A stretch of 64,000 nucleotides of DNA. Source: Eledone cirrhosa (Eukaryota). This document shows, one piece after another, positions 1 to 13,740 of this stretch. The stretch lies in the NCBI GenBank assembly GCA_964016885.1, contig OZ024742.1:123504001-123568000 (forward strand). The letters run 5' to 3'. The notes beneath the pieces were generated by a model. The model saw only the letters and a program-made list of their open reading frames with translations, did no database searches and was not told where the DNA came from. The number at the start of each line of letters is the position of its first letter. Within the stretch, counting starts at the first letter, position 1. Made by a program: the position numbers and the translations under genes.

Positions 1-39
1 GCACACTTACTGCCCATCTCTTCAGTCAGCTACTACTAC

Positions 40-185
40 AGCTTCTTTCCACTGGCATCTCTTAACATTGTTTACCCAATGACCATCATCCATATGCAGT
101 TTGCACTGCATTCTTATCCCTACTTTTTATCTCAGCTCACCTGTACTTTGTTGTTCATGCACATTAACATTACACATTCAATTGT
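40..185 (-). mobile_element. RTE-clade LINE fragment (3' part of ORF)
   Basis: Reverse complement (tgtgtaatgttaatgtgcatgaacaacaaagtacaggtgagctgagataaaaag) aligns by eye with the RTE fragment at ~4930-5000. Confidence 0.55.
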
Positions 186-1899
186 TACTACTCACTACAT
201 TTATGCATAGAGTTAGAAAATGTTTTGGGGAATGGGATAGTATTAAATATTGTCCTCAGAAAAATAACACTGGCTCATTAATAGTGAAGTTTTTCAGTGG
301 AAGAATTGGAGGTTTTAAATCCACTGACAAATGGCAATTACTTCTTAAGACAATTTAAGGGCAAGATTTATATATATTTCTGCTTTAGAAATATACCATC
401 AATATCAGATAATGCAGAATAATGAGATTGATCAAAATATTGTGATGATAATACAGTTTATTATAATATATCTGAAAAATAATTTGTATGCATGTATATA
501 ATTGGACAGCAATATAACTGAAAAAATATTATCCATGTGATTTGTGCTAAAATACATTTGTCACTTACCTTCACAGAAGGATATTAATTTGAAAATAGGT
601 TAGATATCTACATATTAACTAAAACCAAGAATAAATATTTGGCTGTTGTCAGCATTCAAAGAGGAAATTACGATTATTTTTGTAACTTCTCTCTGAAGTA
701 CATTTATTAACATTTTGTTTTTCCCTGCAAGTATATCTTGGATAGATCATTATGATCCAAATCAGTTATTCAAAATTACTGTATTTTTAGATGGGTTGAG
801 GAATCAATCTTTGCTCATAATTCCCTATTTGTTATGGTTTCTATGGCTAGATAGCCTTCCTATCATCAACCCATTTACAGAGTGTACTAGTGGCATTTTT
901 TTTTATTGTGGCATCAGTCTTCAGAGATTGTCATGTCCTTCTTGTAATTGAAATGTTTTCTCTACCCTACATTATATCTGTTCTTTAGCTAACCACTTCA
1001 TAGAATCTCCTGGGTGCATTTTCTGGCACTAACACAAGAAATATTCTCTTGTCATTTAAAAAGATAAAGAATCCTCTTTGCACCATGTAGTCTTTGTTCT
1101 TTCAAAGCAAACATGGCCACGAGTATGATAGAAAAGAAATGATAACCAAGCTAAAAAAAACAAAACAAAAAAAATGGAAGATGTAAAAATATTTCTTCAT
1201 GTTTCATTACATACAAAATTTTGGTATTAACTCAGTGGAAGATAAGGATTTCATGTTTAAATTATTTTTACAATTCATTAGTTAGGTATATATATATTAT
1301 ATTTGCAAAGCTGTAATATATAGATTTTAGCATTTGAGGAATTTAAAATTTTAGCCATGAAATCTTACTCTATATACATAGCAGTTCATATTAAAAATAA
1401 TTTTGCTTTGATCTTCATTGATGGATACATCTACTCTAATGGTAATAACCAACAAAATTTCTTTGCAACAACTATTCTTTTTGTTAAGCAATAGTAAAAA
1501 TTATCAATCTTCTATAAACATATCATAGCACACATCTAAAACAGTTTCTTTGAAAGTTCAACTGTGGTACTTACTATCAGCAGAATCATGTCATTTGGAG
1601 GATACAGACAACACTTGAAACATATATTCAACCACACTTTTACCCAAATTGTATCTGTTATCATTTGATTGAAGAATTTGATTAGAATCAAAATGCCTGA
1701 GAGTAAACTTAGCCAAAGTTAAAGTGCTAGTGAATAGGAGAGAAGATAGGACCCTGATTTCTACAGGGAAGTGGTCCTAGGAAGTGTAGAAGGGAGTAGG
1801 TATAAACTCCATACAATATACTCAATGTAAATCTTGGTTACATAAGTGATATAGTGGAATAACTAGTAGGCTAACAGGAAAGAAGACTTTGTAGAAGAT

Positions 1900-2200
1900 G
1901 CACAATGGTAACTTGGGGGAAAATAGCCAGTGATGTAAGCCTATTCCAGTCACTGGAAGTACTCATAGAAGTGGTTGATAGCTTCTGATATCTAGGCAAT
2001 GTAAGGCTAATAATAGCTGATAGCATAATAGCTTGCATAAAGATAGGATGGAAAAAGTTCAGGGAACTGCTCCCATTGTTGACCAAAAAAGGTTTCTCCC
2101 TACATAGAAAAGGACCATTGCATAACACCTGTGTGCAAAGTGCAATGCTGCATGTTAGTGAAACATGGGCTGTAACTGCAGAGGATGTGCATAAACTGAA
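1900..2200 (+). mobile_element. RTE-clade LINE relic, region after the RT domain
   Basis: Decayed reading EVVDSF*YLG...WKKFRELLPLLTKKGFSLHRKGPLHNTCVQSAMLHVSETWAVTAEDVHKL matches the RTE 'F.YLG...W...LYGSETW' C-terminal signature; contains stops. Confidence 0.8.
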
Positions 2201-2620
2201 TGGGGGGTCTTTTGTATCAATAACAGCAAGAATATTAATGCTGATAATAGAATCTTTGTGAACATATAAGCTTCCTTCCTCTTTTCAGAAAGGAACATAA
2301 AATATATTAGCCTACCAGATATCTTAATTTTATATAAAAAGATTAGACTTTTTTTAGTCATTTTGGGGGGAAAGAAAGAGAGTCTTTAAATGGTAATCTT
2401 CATTTCTCTCATCACCATCACAACAACCACCACCATCATCAGTATTGTCATTACCATCATTGCCATCATCCCATTTGTTTCACTAAATATATCTACAATT
2501 TAATAATATATTGAACTATTTAATTGACCTTTTATCAGAAAAATATCAACAAATACAATTTCAGTAACATACAAATAATTCAATTTGTTTGATGCAGGAT
2601 TTGACATCATTATTAAATAG

Positions 2621-2800
2621 GGTGGTGGATTAGCAGTATCGGTAGAGGGTTGGACGCCATACTTTGACGCATAGTTATGGCCCTTGCCATTCTGAGTTCA
2701 AATCCCGCCGAGGTTAACTTTGCCTTTCATCGATAAAATAAAGTACCAGTAATGCACTGGGTAATTGCTGGCCTTGTAGCAAAAGTAGAAACAATTATTA
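2621..2800 (+). mobile_element. SINE family A, near full length
   Basis: A-box-like tagcagtatcggtagag, B-box gagttcaaatcc, central gcctttcat...cgataaaataaagtaccag, 3' end gaaacaattatta. Confidence 0.9.
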
Positions 2801-2819
2801 AGCCCATTCTTCTGTACTT

Positions 2820-3115
2820 GCAATGTAGAATAGAAAAGCCTTCTCAAGTACATTCTTCCCTCCACCACATTCTTTCCTCTGACATCTTCTTTCTGACGAT
2901 CAGCAGCTGTAAGTCAGGTGTCATCAACCCTTGGCCTAGCTTTACCATATCCTTCTGTTTAGACCACTTGCCACTTCTTCCCAGTGATTGCCTTACATGT
3001 CTATACTAGTGCAATTTTCTCTCTTGCGCACAACATCTGATTCCTCTTTTATTGCTATTTTTCCCAGCTCATCACTACTACAGTGTATATCCACATCAAC
3101 ATGTAAAATGCAATA
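2820..3115 (-). mobile_element. RTE-clade LINE 3' fragment
   Basis: Reverse complement is similar to 4930-5200 (gagctggga...aagaggaatcagatgttgtgcgcaagagagaaaattgcactagtatagacatgt). Confidence 0.55.
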
Positions 3116-3555
3116 CTAAAATATATGTAATCTAAATTTTTAAACACAATTTAAGCTTACAGAGGAGAGCAATAGGAGTGTTTGGCTGAGGAAAACTTAG
3201 AAAAATATAATTAGATTATATCTTAGGATGTTGTACTTGATGGATGAGATAACACAGGATAAGGTTGAATGGATAAAGGCTATTTAAGCCCATTCGACCC
3301 ATGCTATCATGGCAAAAATAGATAAATAGATGTTAAACCAATGATGATGAGGGTTGGATAAAAAGAACATTTCTGTTAGGCTGGTAGTGTATCAAATACA
3401 GCTGCAATTACTTGTTAATTATGTTTTATTGTAGATATTTTGGTGATAAACTTAATGAATAATTAAATTCAATGTAAGTTTAGTCTGATCATGTACATAC
3501 ACACACACAACACTAGAGCATGACTGACAGTTGTTAAGGGCTTAGTATGCATAAA

Positions 3556-3731
3556 TGATTGTTTCTACATTTGGCACAAGGCCAGCAATTACCCAGTACA
3601 TTACTGGTACTTTATTTTATCGACCCCGTAAGGATGAAAGGCAAAGTTAACCTCGGCGGAATTTGAACTCAGACTGTAAAGGGACGTAACTATGCTGGAA
3701 AGCATGGTGTCCAACCCTCTACCGATACTGC
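3556..3731 (-). mobile_element. SINE family A
   Basis: Reverse-complement match to 2621-2800, including B box (atttgaactc) and A box (ctctaccgatactgc). Confidence 0.9.
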
Positions 3732-4784
3732 AGGCTGTATGATTATTGGTATTCTTATAATCTTCTTTTAGTAGTTTCACTCATTTGAATGTGACCATGC
3801 TGGGGCACTACTAGTTTTGAGGGATTAAATTATGATAAAATAAATACAAGCTGCAAAGTGAAGATAAATGTAAGGAGAGATAGTTTTTCAGTCCTTAATA
3901 GTCCTGTATAATATTGCTGTTTGAATTTATTACTTCTCACTAAACACTAATATACATAGACACACATATACATATAGTAGCTTATCAAATTTCAGTCTCA
4001 AAGTTTTAATCAACCTGAGGTTTACATGTAGTGTGATCAAATATGGAATGGCATAGTTGTGAAATGATCATCATAACCACAGTCATACTATATCTTTTTA
4101 TCATAGTCATCAGATGCTTTGGAAAACATTTTATGTAGGGCATTTCTTCTATACTTAAAACCTGTAAACTTATAATACATTATACATATTTATTTTGTCT
4201 TAGAATAAAGATAATATACTAGAAGGCTAAGTTCATGCCTGTTATAATCTATAATTGTATCAATTTCCTTGCTCTGGAATTGATAAATTCCAAGCAAAAG
4301 GAATGAATATACTATGCCTTTTTTTAATGCTATGTACAAGGTTAACTGGGTAGGAGGGCCAGTGTGTACTCCAATATGAAGGGCATTTTCACCTCACATT
4401 CTAGTTCTTTATTCTATTCTATTACCTGCAATTAACAACTGTGCACTAAATGTTCATGTATAGAACTGGAACCCATATACACATTATATATATTTAGCAC
4501 ATTACTGAAATACTTAATGATATGTTTGAAATCTGGCTTATATGGGCTGGGTCTCTTTCCAGCTTTGTACAGCCATGCCTATCTAACAAAGCAAGATGTT
4601 AGTTATGCTTAAACTCACCTAATCTTCTTTGATAACTTGAAATGTGTCACATTCTAGCTGTCATTGTAAATTTTTCTCTAATAACATGCTACAAAAAATG
4701 TCAATTTAACTTTACATGGACAGGAAAAGAGAGATTGGTTTGGGTAGGTTTTGGTCGAAATTGTGACCTGTCTCAAAAGCAATC

Positions 4785-5250
4785 TTTCCACAGTAAGATA
4801 TATAACTAACAGCTAAAGTTTGGCTGTAATGGCAGCTCTGTGCAAAGTATCCTGCTGCATGGTAGTGAGACATGCATGAGCATAGAATGCAGAGGACATG
4901 CGAGAAATGAAGCAAACATGCTTTGATGGATGTACAATGTTAATGTGCAAGAACAAAAAAGCATGGATGAGCGGAGGGAGAAACTGATTATAAGAGGTGT
5001 GCAGGAGGGGAGACTGCATTGGTATAGATATGTGATGTGCATGTATGGTGAAGAAGTGCCAAATAATCCCTGTGGAAGGAAGCCACAGTAGAGGTAGATC
5101 AAGGAAGAATTGAATGGAAGTGGTGGGAGGCGATTTGAGATTGTTAAAGCTTATGGAGGAGATGACAAATGAATATGACAAATAGAGAGATGCTGTACCG
5201 AGAAAGACCTGACCAACTCACGCAAGTGTGGAACAACAAATGTAAAATGA
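4785..5250 (+). mobile_element. RTE-clade LINE 3' end
   Basis: Frameshifted VQSILLHGSET...GRLHWYRYV...SRGRSRK..EVV..DL..L motifs; ends ccaactcacgcaagtgtggaacaacaaatgtaaaatga. Confidence 0.8.
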
Positions 5251-6329
5251 TCTGTCAGATGGCTTTGCTAAATCAGTAAATCCATTTTGCATAATTATTG
5301 CAGGGCTGACAATTTATTCAGTTAATTGGTCATTAATTATAAATTAATAATTATTCAGTTAATTAGTTGATCATAAACTATTCATTTAATAAGCAGACAT
5401 TTGTTTACATGTACATTCATTACACATAAAAAAGAAGGATAGCTAGAACATACTACATTTCCCTCTTTCCTTCTCTCTCGTTCGCTTTCTCTTTCCTCTT
5501 CTCGCTTCCTCCCTCTCTTTCCCTTTCCCTCTTTCTCTCTTCCCATCTCTCTCTGTATATACACAAACACACATGCACATGCATATATATAATTATCAGT
5601 TAATATCTGCTTTCCATTTTGTCTTGGATCAGATCAGTTGCTATATTAAAGTCAGTTTTATTTGGAGTTACTGCCCTTCAAGATTGGTTTTGATTTGATT
5701 GCCAGTAATGTTACAGAATGAAGCATTTGTTTTCAATGCTGGCAGTGCTTATTTAGTTATTGCTCTCCTAGACAAGGTCTATGACTTTGACATGTTTTTA
5801 CAGATAGATGCCCTTTCTAACACTAAACATTGTGTATTAGATGCATTTTATCACAGCTCCAGCACCAAAGATGTCATCGTCTTTACTCAACTAAAGAGTA
5901 TATGTTTTTATTACACACATAGGTTGGATATAGCTGAAAAATATATTTATTGGATATTTCTGAATATTTTGACTTTTAAATGTTCAGCAATCACACATTG
6001 GTAATTAACTTTCTTTTTATATCCAATTTTGATGTCTGTTTTCTGGTTAGTTAGTATACATCAGATGCTTCTTACAAATAAATTGTGGCCAATTCATTTT
6101 TATGTGAAATATGTTTTATGTGAAATATGTTTTACAAACAAAAGTTAAGTTACAGAGCAATAGAAATATTAACAAAGATAAAAACAAAATTATGTAATGA
6201 AAAAATGGAGGAAAGGGTAAAGAAGGGCAGATCTGACTATAGGAAAGTAAAGGGAAGGACTATAAATGCCAGAAATGAGAAGAAAAGGAGGGAAAGAGTA
6301 GGGACTATTAGGCAATAGAAGAAAGAGAG

Positions 6330-7700
6330 AAGGATGTGAAGGTGATAGACTCTACATCTAGGCCATGTTGGAGTTTCAGCTGCACCTTGCAGAAAAAAAA
6401 CTATAATGGCATTTCCACGAATAATGGCTAGTGACACGTGTTGCAACAACCAACCCACCCTACAGGACTCCTTCCTCAGATGGGTTGCTGATATTCTGAG
6501 TTTATGGAGAAGCTCTACTGTACAGGGTCCAAGGCACCCCATTCATTGCTTGTCAGCCTGTCCTCTGCATTGCAGGCTGTGGGAGCAGGGTTTGTGGCTG
6601 AAACGGCTAATTTGGAAGCAGAAAATGTGTCACAGCATGACATGTCCAAAATGAGGTATTTTCCTCCAAATGGGAAGAGCATAATTCCATTAGGGCATTG
6701 CCTCTTGGCTCCAGTTATGATGGGAAGCCAGCTACATACAGCCTCCTCCTCAATATTGTTGTTGCGTGGCATGTGGGGGGAATTGGCATGTGCTCTGGTG
6801 GCATCACAGTGGGTGCTGGCCAAATTCATCAACAGCACAACAACATTTGTGTGGCCCACACATGCAGAGCTAAGGCATTGGGCCACTCCAATGTGAGTGG
6901 GAGGTGAATCAGAAGGAAGTGAGTTGGTGTTGGTCCAAGCCAGACTTGATCCACATAAAGGAAGACCTGCACTTGATGATATCCCAGTTAAGTTGGACAT
7001 TTGTATACTGGAATGACAGAGCTGGGATGATTAAATGAAAGTATTCAACTACTGACTCATCCAAGCCATTCAGTCACACATTGTCCAGGTTCCAGATATA
7101 GATAGGTGCCTGGGGAGAATGGACAACTTGGTAAACTGCCAGTGCAAAGAGGAACAGGCCAAGTCGGTCTCTTTGCTGGACACTTTTGCTGCAAATCGTC
7201 AAAAGACGATGCCCACTGCGATGGGACATATGCCTCCGTTGTACTTCCTCAGAGCGGTGAGACTTGCTGAGAAGTAAAGATCACAGGTATGGCAGGACAA
7301 ATTGGCATGGAGAAAACGGTTGTTGAGGGCTGTGATTGAATGGAGCAATCGTACTCCTACTTCAGCAGCTTCTGGTGAGATAAGCTCTTTCAGATGGCTG
7401 ACCATCTCCCAATGCTGCTCTCGGGGAAGTATCTAAGGGCAGCTACTATGTCCTCACTTTATGCAGCCAAGGAAAGGTTACTGGCTTGGGCTGGGACATC
7501 CCTGATGTCGACCGAGGGTCCAGGTGTTTATGATGAAATGGTGGGGCCAGAGTACCTTGTCACTTCAGACCAGCACACATACTGCAGCAAGAATTTTGTG
7601 ATCAGTTAGTTTGAGGTAGACTCTGTCACGAAGACATTCTGTGTAGTCAAAAGTGGATTGAATGGGCTGAGTCTGTTATTGTTGCAGCAGACAGAGATGG
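6330..7700 (-). mobile_element. CRE-clade (RLE-type) non-LTR retrotransposon relic with most of the RT core deleted
   Basis: HLKELIS..A.E.G..LL...SLTALRKYNGGICPIAVG..F/RRFAAK (RT domains 0-1). Then a decayed Zn-knuckle region, an RLE-like 'C.PNG..LFPF..GKYLILDMSCCDTFS.S...A..P...A..AE', and C-terminal WLLQHVSLAIIRGNA. Confidence 0.8.
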
Positions 7701-8046
7701 TCTGATGCAGCGATAACACCAAATTCATGGGCCATCTCTAAATCAAATAAATTCTCTGTTTGTGTTTGCTGTAATTCCTTTTATTAATTAACTAATTATG
7801 GAATCTGCACCCGATGATGTTACCAGGTTCTTTTTTTTTTTGCAAAAATGAAAAGCTTTCCATAGTTTTAATCAAATAAATATTTAACTCTGTTCCTGCA
7901 CCATACACAGGATTCAACATCAATGATAGATGAGTTACATAATGTAGAGTGTCTTTTTTTTTACTATGACGGAATAACCAGTTCTATCCATTGGTGAACC
8001 ACACAACATAAATGTATATATGAACATACATATAAATATATATATA

Positions 8047-8969
8047 TCTGTATATATATATAAAATTAAGTATGTGTGTGTCTGTGTGTCTGTGTATTAC
8101 CTATAGGGGCCTACATTTTACGACCGATTTTCATGAAACTTTACAGGCTCATAGATTAGTCATCGGGGACTGTTTTCTATATATCAGCGTATCGTTTTTT
8201 TTTATTCCGGAGTCATTCTGCAGATAAAATTCGATAGGGAGGGTCACCTTTTTTAGGTATCGAAAAATAAGATTTTTGGCTCTAGCTCCCACATTTTGCC
8301 ACTGATTTCGTTCAAATTTTAAAGCAAAATAGAATTTATCATTGCACATCCTCTGACGGCTTTATATTTTACATTTGTTGTTCAGGGACGGCATGGCAGC
8401 CGCTTAAATATTCAAAAATACCACTTTTAGACTAAATTTTTTCTGGTCCAGCTCCAACATTAATTAACCTACTTTGTTCAACTTTTACACTACGCTAGAT
8501 CTGATTATTTCACGTATTTCCGCCTTTTCGACTCTAGCACCCACATTTTTCAACCGATTTCGTTCAAATTCGAAACTTCGGCTTCACCTCACATATAAAT
8601 CAATTTATTTGGTTCAACTTTTATACTACGATAGAACCTATCATTGCACATCTTATAGATGGTCAAAGGCAAAACGATGGCAACTGACGTCGTCTGAGCT
8701 TTTAGTTGTGTATTTGGGAATTCATCGGTTTCCAATCAAGTAGCGTGAGGAAATTTAGCTTAGTGTTAGAAGTCATTACCTCCCTCCACCAGCATGCCCC
8801 TTCGTCAGTCACCCGTGTTTTTCAGTGATAGAGGTCATCACCACCCTCCCCCGCATGGCCTGTGTGTGGCCATAGATGAGTCATCGAGAAGCAGTCGCTA
8901 AGATCAACACCTTTTCATCAAACTAGATATTATTTTACCTACCCAGGCAACGCTGGGTACTGCTGCTAG
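8047..8969 (+). mobile_element. Non-autonomous Helitron (~920 bp)
   Basis: Starts TC (8047) after A; ends with hairpin TACCCAG-gcaacg-CTGGGTA (8940-8959) then CTAG (8966-8969) followed by T. No TSD. Internal repeated motif cccacatttt...gatttcgttcaaatt. CpG-rich relative to flanks. Confidence 0.85.
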
Positions 8970-9699
8970 TATATAAATTTATTTATATATATATATGTAA
9001 AAATACATACTCATACACAAACCCATATGTGCACATAGATTTCAATTATTTAATTTCATTCTTAGTGTGCAGCCATGTGGTTATATTAGTTGCTGCTGAC
9101 TTTCGCAGTGCCCTACAAAAACAAAAAACAAATCTTCACTTGGCTGATACCTCTATGCTTGAAACAAACTGAAAATTGTTTGCAATTTACATTGTTGTTA
9201 TTTATTATTTTCTAAGCCAATATCTCATGTAACCTACAATTAGGAGAGATTTTGTATAGAATATGTTGTAGTGTTTTCTTTCTGTTTCCCACTTGGTATT
9301 TCTATAACATCTCCTGAAAAACAGTTCTTTAAAATAAATTCTTATTCCTCTTATAATTAACTGAATTTGACTCTCATTTTAGATCTTTACATTCAGTGGT
9401 TAACAAGACTGTCAAAACTTTCAAAATAATGGTTGTCTCTGGCATTGAATTTTGATTTTCTGATAAACAGAATCATTTCTTCTGCTGATGTTCTAACATA
9501 CTTGACAGTGATAATGACATAACAAGTTTAATATGTCTGGAAATTAAGAAGGTTCTATATTTACTTGTAGCAAAGGGCTTTATTGTTTTTGCAAAAAGTA
9601 AATAGACATGATTTCCTATTTACTAGATATAGTAGCATGTATAAAGAGCACAAGGAGAGAATACCATTAAATATAAGAGGGGAGTGAACTATTCATGAT

Positions 9700-9785
9700 T
9701 ATATAATATAAATATGAAAATATAATATAAATATGTAAATATAAATATGTAAATATAATATAAATATGTAAATATAAATATGTAA
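9700..9785. repeat. AT-rich tandem repeat (ataaatatgtaaatata-like units)
   Basis: About 5 directly visible units. Confidence 0.8.
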
Positions 9786-9819
9786 AAAAACTTGTGCAAT
9801 CATGTGGGTTTAGGTTCTA

Positions 9820-10060
9820 TCTAAAAGTCAAAAGGCCGTCTCGATCCTGGATGTTCACCAAACTGATACTTAGCCCAGTTGCCATGGTCCAAAGCGACTG
9901 AGAGTACAAGACCCTAGGTCAGGATACCAGTTCATTGTACTGGAGCAACAGGAAATTAAGTGTTTTGCTCAAGATCACAGCACACAATCTAGTCCAGGAT
10001 TTGAATCCACTACATTATGATTGTAAGTCAAGTATACTTACCATTAGACTGTATCCTCCA
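9820..10060 (-). mobile_element. SINE family B (CORE-like), degenerate
   Basis: ctggagcaacaggaaattaagtgttttgctcaag...cacagcacac...ggatttgaa matches the reverse complement of 28654-28945. Confidence 0.65.
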
Positions 10061-11315
10061 TTAGGTTCTATCCTACTATATAATACCATAAACTGTTTTC
10101 TGTAGCTTTGCACTGACTGCTTTCTTTGTAAATATGTTAGGAAATCAGAAGCTTGTGTGTGTATGTGTGTTTCTTTGCTTCACATTCAACATTGCCGATG
10201 CTGACCTTTATTTATGTTTTGAGTAAAAAGTCTTAAGGCTCACTGGTTAGATATATAAAGATTTATACTATACTAAAAGAAAAATGAGGTTTAGTGTCAA
10301 GAGGGGACTCAGGCCAAAGAATTTGTCTTCAAAATGTCTCATCCAAACCATTCCACCTTAGAAAAATTGATTTGAAATTGATAAAGGCATAATGCTAATT
10401 GTGAATGAACTAAAAGAGCAAATAAAGTGGCTTACAATCAGTTGAAAGGAGTGTAATATTTTTAAAGATGTCATGAAAATAGATGGTTGTGTAATGTGAT
10501 TTTAGTAATTCATTTGTAGCTTTGATTGGACAGACCTAACACGATGTTTGTTGCTGGCAAAGGCAACAAAAACACAGAATTAACAAGGATGATGTGAGAG
10601 AATATATATGGCAGCTCAGTTCAAGTCATACAAGTGTAGTAATAAAAGAAGAGATTTATGATGATGAGAACTTAACTGATTCGTAGAAAGTCTTTCATGT
10701 TATGATGTTAAAATCTAGAAAAAAATTTATTAGAAAACCAAAATATAAATCAATGTGAAGTATGTAATTGAATATTGAATCAAATGTGCAGGAGTAGAAA
10801 ATACAATTTGAATATCCTATAGTAACCCAAGCTGAAAAATAATTTCAATATTGATAGTGAGCAAAGATAAAATATGATAGACAAATCATTGGCAAATACT
10901 ATATACATTTTCACACCATTTAAAAGTTGCATGAATGAATCTCTTTTATAGAACCCCCTCCCCATAAAAAAAGTTCATAATTTTACCAAGTAGAGAATTA
11001 ATTAGTCAATATCAAATTCCTGTTTTCAGTTTCATCTGGAACAGTGTGAGATACAATCTTTAATAAAGTGGCTAACACCAAGAGGAAAAATAGTCAGACA
11101 ATATATTTGAAAATTTTATACATAACAAGCTACACATCATTTTAATGGTACTTATAAGGAGATAAAAATGACTACTTGTTGGTTGGCAATTCTTTTCAAT
11201 ATTAGCAGAATTTATTCTCAAAAGATAGCAAAATAAATATGTAAAGATGGAATAGTAAGAAAATATTTCTATTGAAATTATATTAAAAATGTATATGTAT
11301 GAATAGGTAGATATA

Positions 11316-11585
11316 TCATCATCGTCATCATCATCACCATCATCATCATCATCGTTTAACGTTATCTTTCATGCTAGCATGGGTTAAATGGATTTGTCCC
11401 ATTTGAGGCAAGTTGGGTCGGATGACCATGTCTCGCTTGTATAGGACTGTTTCTGGCTAGTTTTCTATGGCTGCATGTCCTTCCTAATGCCAACCACATT
11501 TACAGTGTGTGCTGAGTGCTTTTTTCCATGTCTCCTATATGACCACTTTACAGTGTGGACTGGGTGCTTTTTGTTGTGACACCTA
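11316..11585 (-). mobile_element. Short interspersed element family C ((GAT)n tail, RTE-like 3' end)
   Basis: (cat)n-cgtttaacg...catgctagcatgggtt...ggctgcatgtccttcctaatgccaaccac, shared with 11764, 23866, 20330 and other copies. Confidence 0.8.
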
Positions 11586-11763
11586 CACAACTATTTTACA
11601 TATAGTTATGTATATTTGTGTATGCATGTGTGTTTATGCATGAGCATGTATATGTTTGTGTATCACACATGCATGTGTATGTGTGTGTATGGATATATAA
11701 ATATGTGCTAGTATGGATATATAAATATGCATATTATATATGCATGTATTGTGTGCATGTATC

Positions 11764-11915
11764 ATTTCATCATCATCATCATTTCATTTTATGTCCACTT
11801 TTTCCCTGCTTGCAAGGGTGGGATGGGAACTGATTCTGGCTTGATTTCTACAGCCGGATGCCCTTCCTAACACCAACCTCATTTACAGTGAGTGCTGGGT
11901 GCTTTTTTGCCATGG
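11764..11915 (-). mobile_element. Family C element
   Basis: (cat)n, then gatttctacagccggatgcccttcctaacaccaacc. Confidence 0.75.
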
Positions 11916-11969
11916 CTCCTCCACAACCACTTTGCAGTGGAATGATATGGACCCCAGTCCCTATCATCT

Positions 11970-12096
11970 CATTTCTACAGCTGAGTAAACTGGAGCAATG
12001 TGAAATAAAGTGTCTTGCTCAAGGAAACAACACATCACCTGCTCTAAGAATTGAACTCACAACCTTTCGCTCTAACCACTGAGCCATGTGCCTCCA
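11970..12096 (-). mobile_element. SINE family B, 5' half
   Basis: cagctgagtaaactggagcaatgtgaaataaagtgtcttgctcaaggaaacaac...ctaaccactgagccatgtgcctcc (tRNA-like head plus CORE-like block). Confidence 0.75.
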
Positions 12097-13519
12097 TATT
12101 CTCAGTATAGTATACATATATATAAGTATACATATATATTCATCTATTCGACCAAGGGGCTTTAATCCTGAGCCATAGGTGTACCATCATTGCATACATA
12201 TTGGGCATTTAAAACTGACAAAGTTCATTCCTCTGCAGATCTTATCACAGCTGTTCTTTTCCAGAGAAGACAGACAGAGGAAGATATATTTAACTGGTAG
12301 TTTATTTATTGACCTTGAATGAGTGAAATATAAAGTTTACCATGACAGGATTTAAACTCAAGAGAACTGAAATGCATATTGTAAAGCATTCCATTTTATG
12401 TTCAAACAACCCTGCCAATTAATACACACAAACACACACTAATACACACACATTTATAAGCTGTAGGAAGTTCAGATACAGAAAATAACTGCAATTACAG
12501 TCAGTCATTATAGAATAGCTTATAAAATCAAGTAAAATCCCATAGAGACAAAAACAAATGTTGTCAGTGGCTGCTACAAAACAATCGAAATTTTTATCTT
12601 CCAGATGCCAGCTAGGTGCTCAAATAATTGTGCTAAGGGACTCCTGACAATATTGTACTGTCTAAATTAAGGAGCTGAATCAAACGTGTTCAATTTGTTT
12701 GTATTCCATGTAAACGGCAATTAATTATGAGTGAAAGTCTGTTCCTTATTCTCCTTGTAAAAATGGATAAAAAACTGAAAAGGTTTTCCTTACTGGCATG
12801 GGCTAGGTTGATCAACATAATTCGCATAACGTGTTATTTGTTGTTACTTCTTTCCTACACTGGCTAGAAGACCACCCTGCACAAGTATATTTGATTTTTG
12901 GCATGGATTCTATGGTACTTCTTAATTCCCACCGCTATACAGACTATATTTGATCCATTTTATGACAGCAGCAATACAGAAGTTATCGTGTCTCTTCTCC
13001 GATGATATTAATTTTCTTGAAATTTTTAAAGACGTCTTATTTTGATGTGGGTGTGCATTACTTGTTATAGCAATAAAAGTAATGCTTCTTGGTGACACTG
13101 TTCATCAGAAACCCCAATAGTCTGTAGAACGTTGGGGCTTTTCATATTTTCTCTCACCAAATCTTACAACTCATTAATCCACCCAAATTCATGGTAGAAT
13201 ACATTTCTTGAAGGTGACCCAGAGTGTGTTTGAATTTGGAAACATATTTCACCCAGCTAATCACCCAGCTAAATATTCTTCTGAAACTCAATCATATATC
13301 TTTCTATTATATGTTTTTAAGTTATAGAAATAATCTATCCACCTTTCTTCCCCCACACTCATGCACATATGTATATTTGAAAGCATATGTTTTTATATTG
13401 TTCTCTCTCCCCTGACAACATTGTAACATTTTTATAACTTGCTTCATTTCTTATTGCATCAAATTCTAACTACTAGTATCCATTATAATGATTAAACACT
13501 TTTTTGTTACATTATGTGG

Positions 13520-13740
13520 GGTTCTCTCCTTAGGAACACTCTATTTTCATTTCTACAACTACATGTCATTACAGGTGTCTATTTTTGGTTAGACAAGTTT
13601 GCATGGTAATCATCTTGTGCTTAGTCCTATTCTTAGGTGCTTTCTATTTTCATATGAGCAACTGTACATTTCTGATCACTGAAGATTGTTATTTTTGGTC
13701 AAACAAGTTTGCATAGTAGCAATCTAGATTTTAGCTTTAT
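13520..13740. repeat. Diverged two-unit tandem duplication (~105-110 bp)
   Basis: ctatttttggttagacaagtttgcatggta and ttatttttggtcaaacaagtttgcatagta; ctctattttcat and ttctattttcat. Confidence 0.65.
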
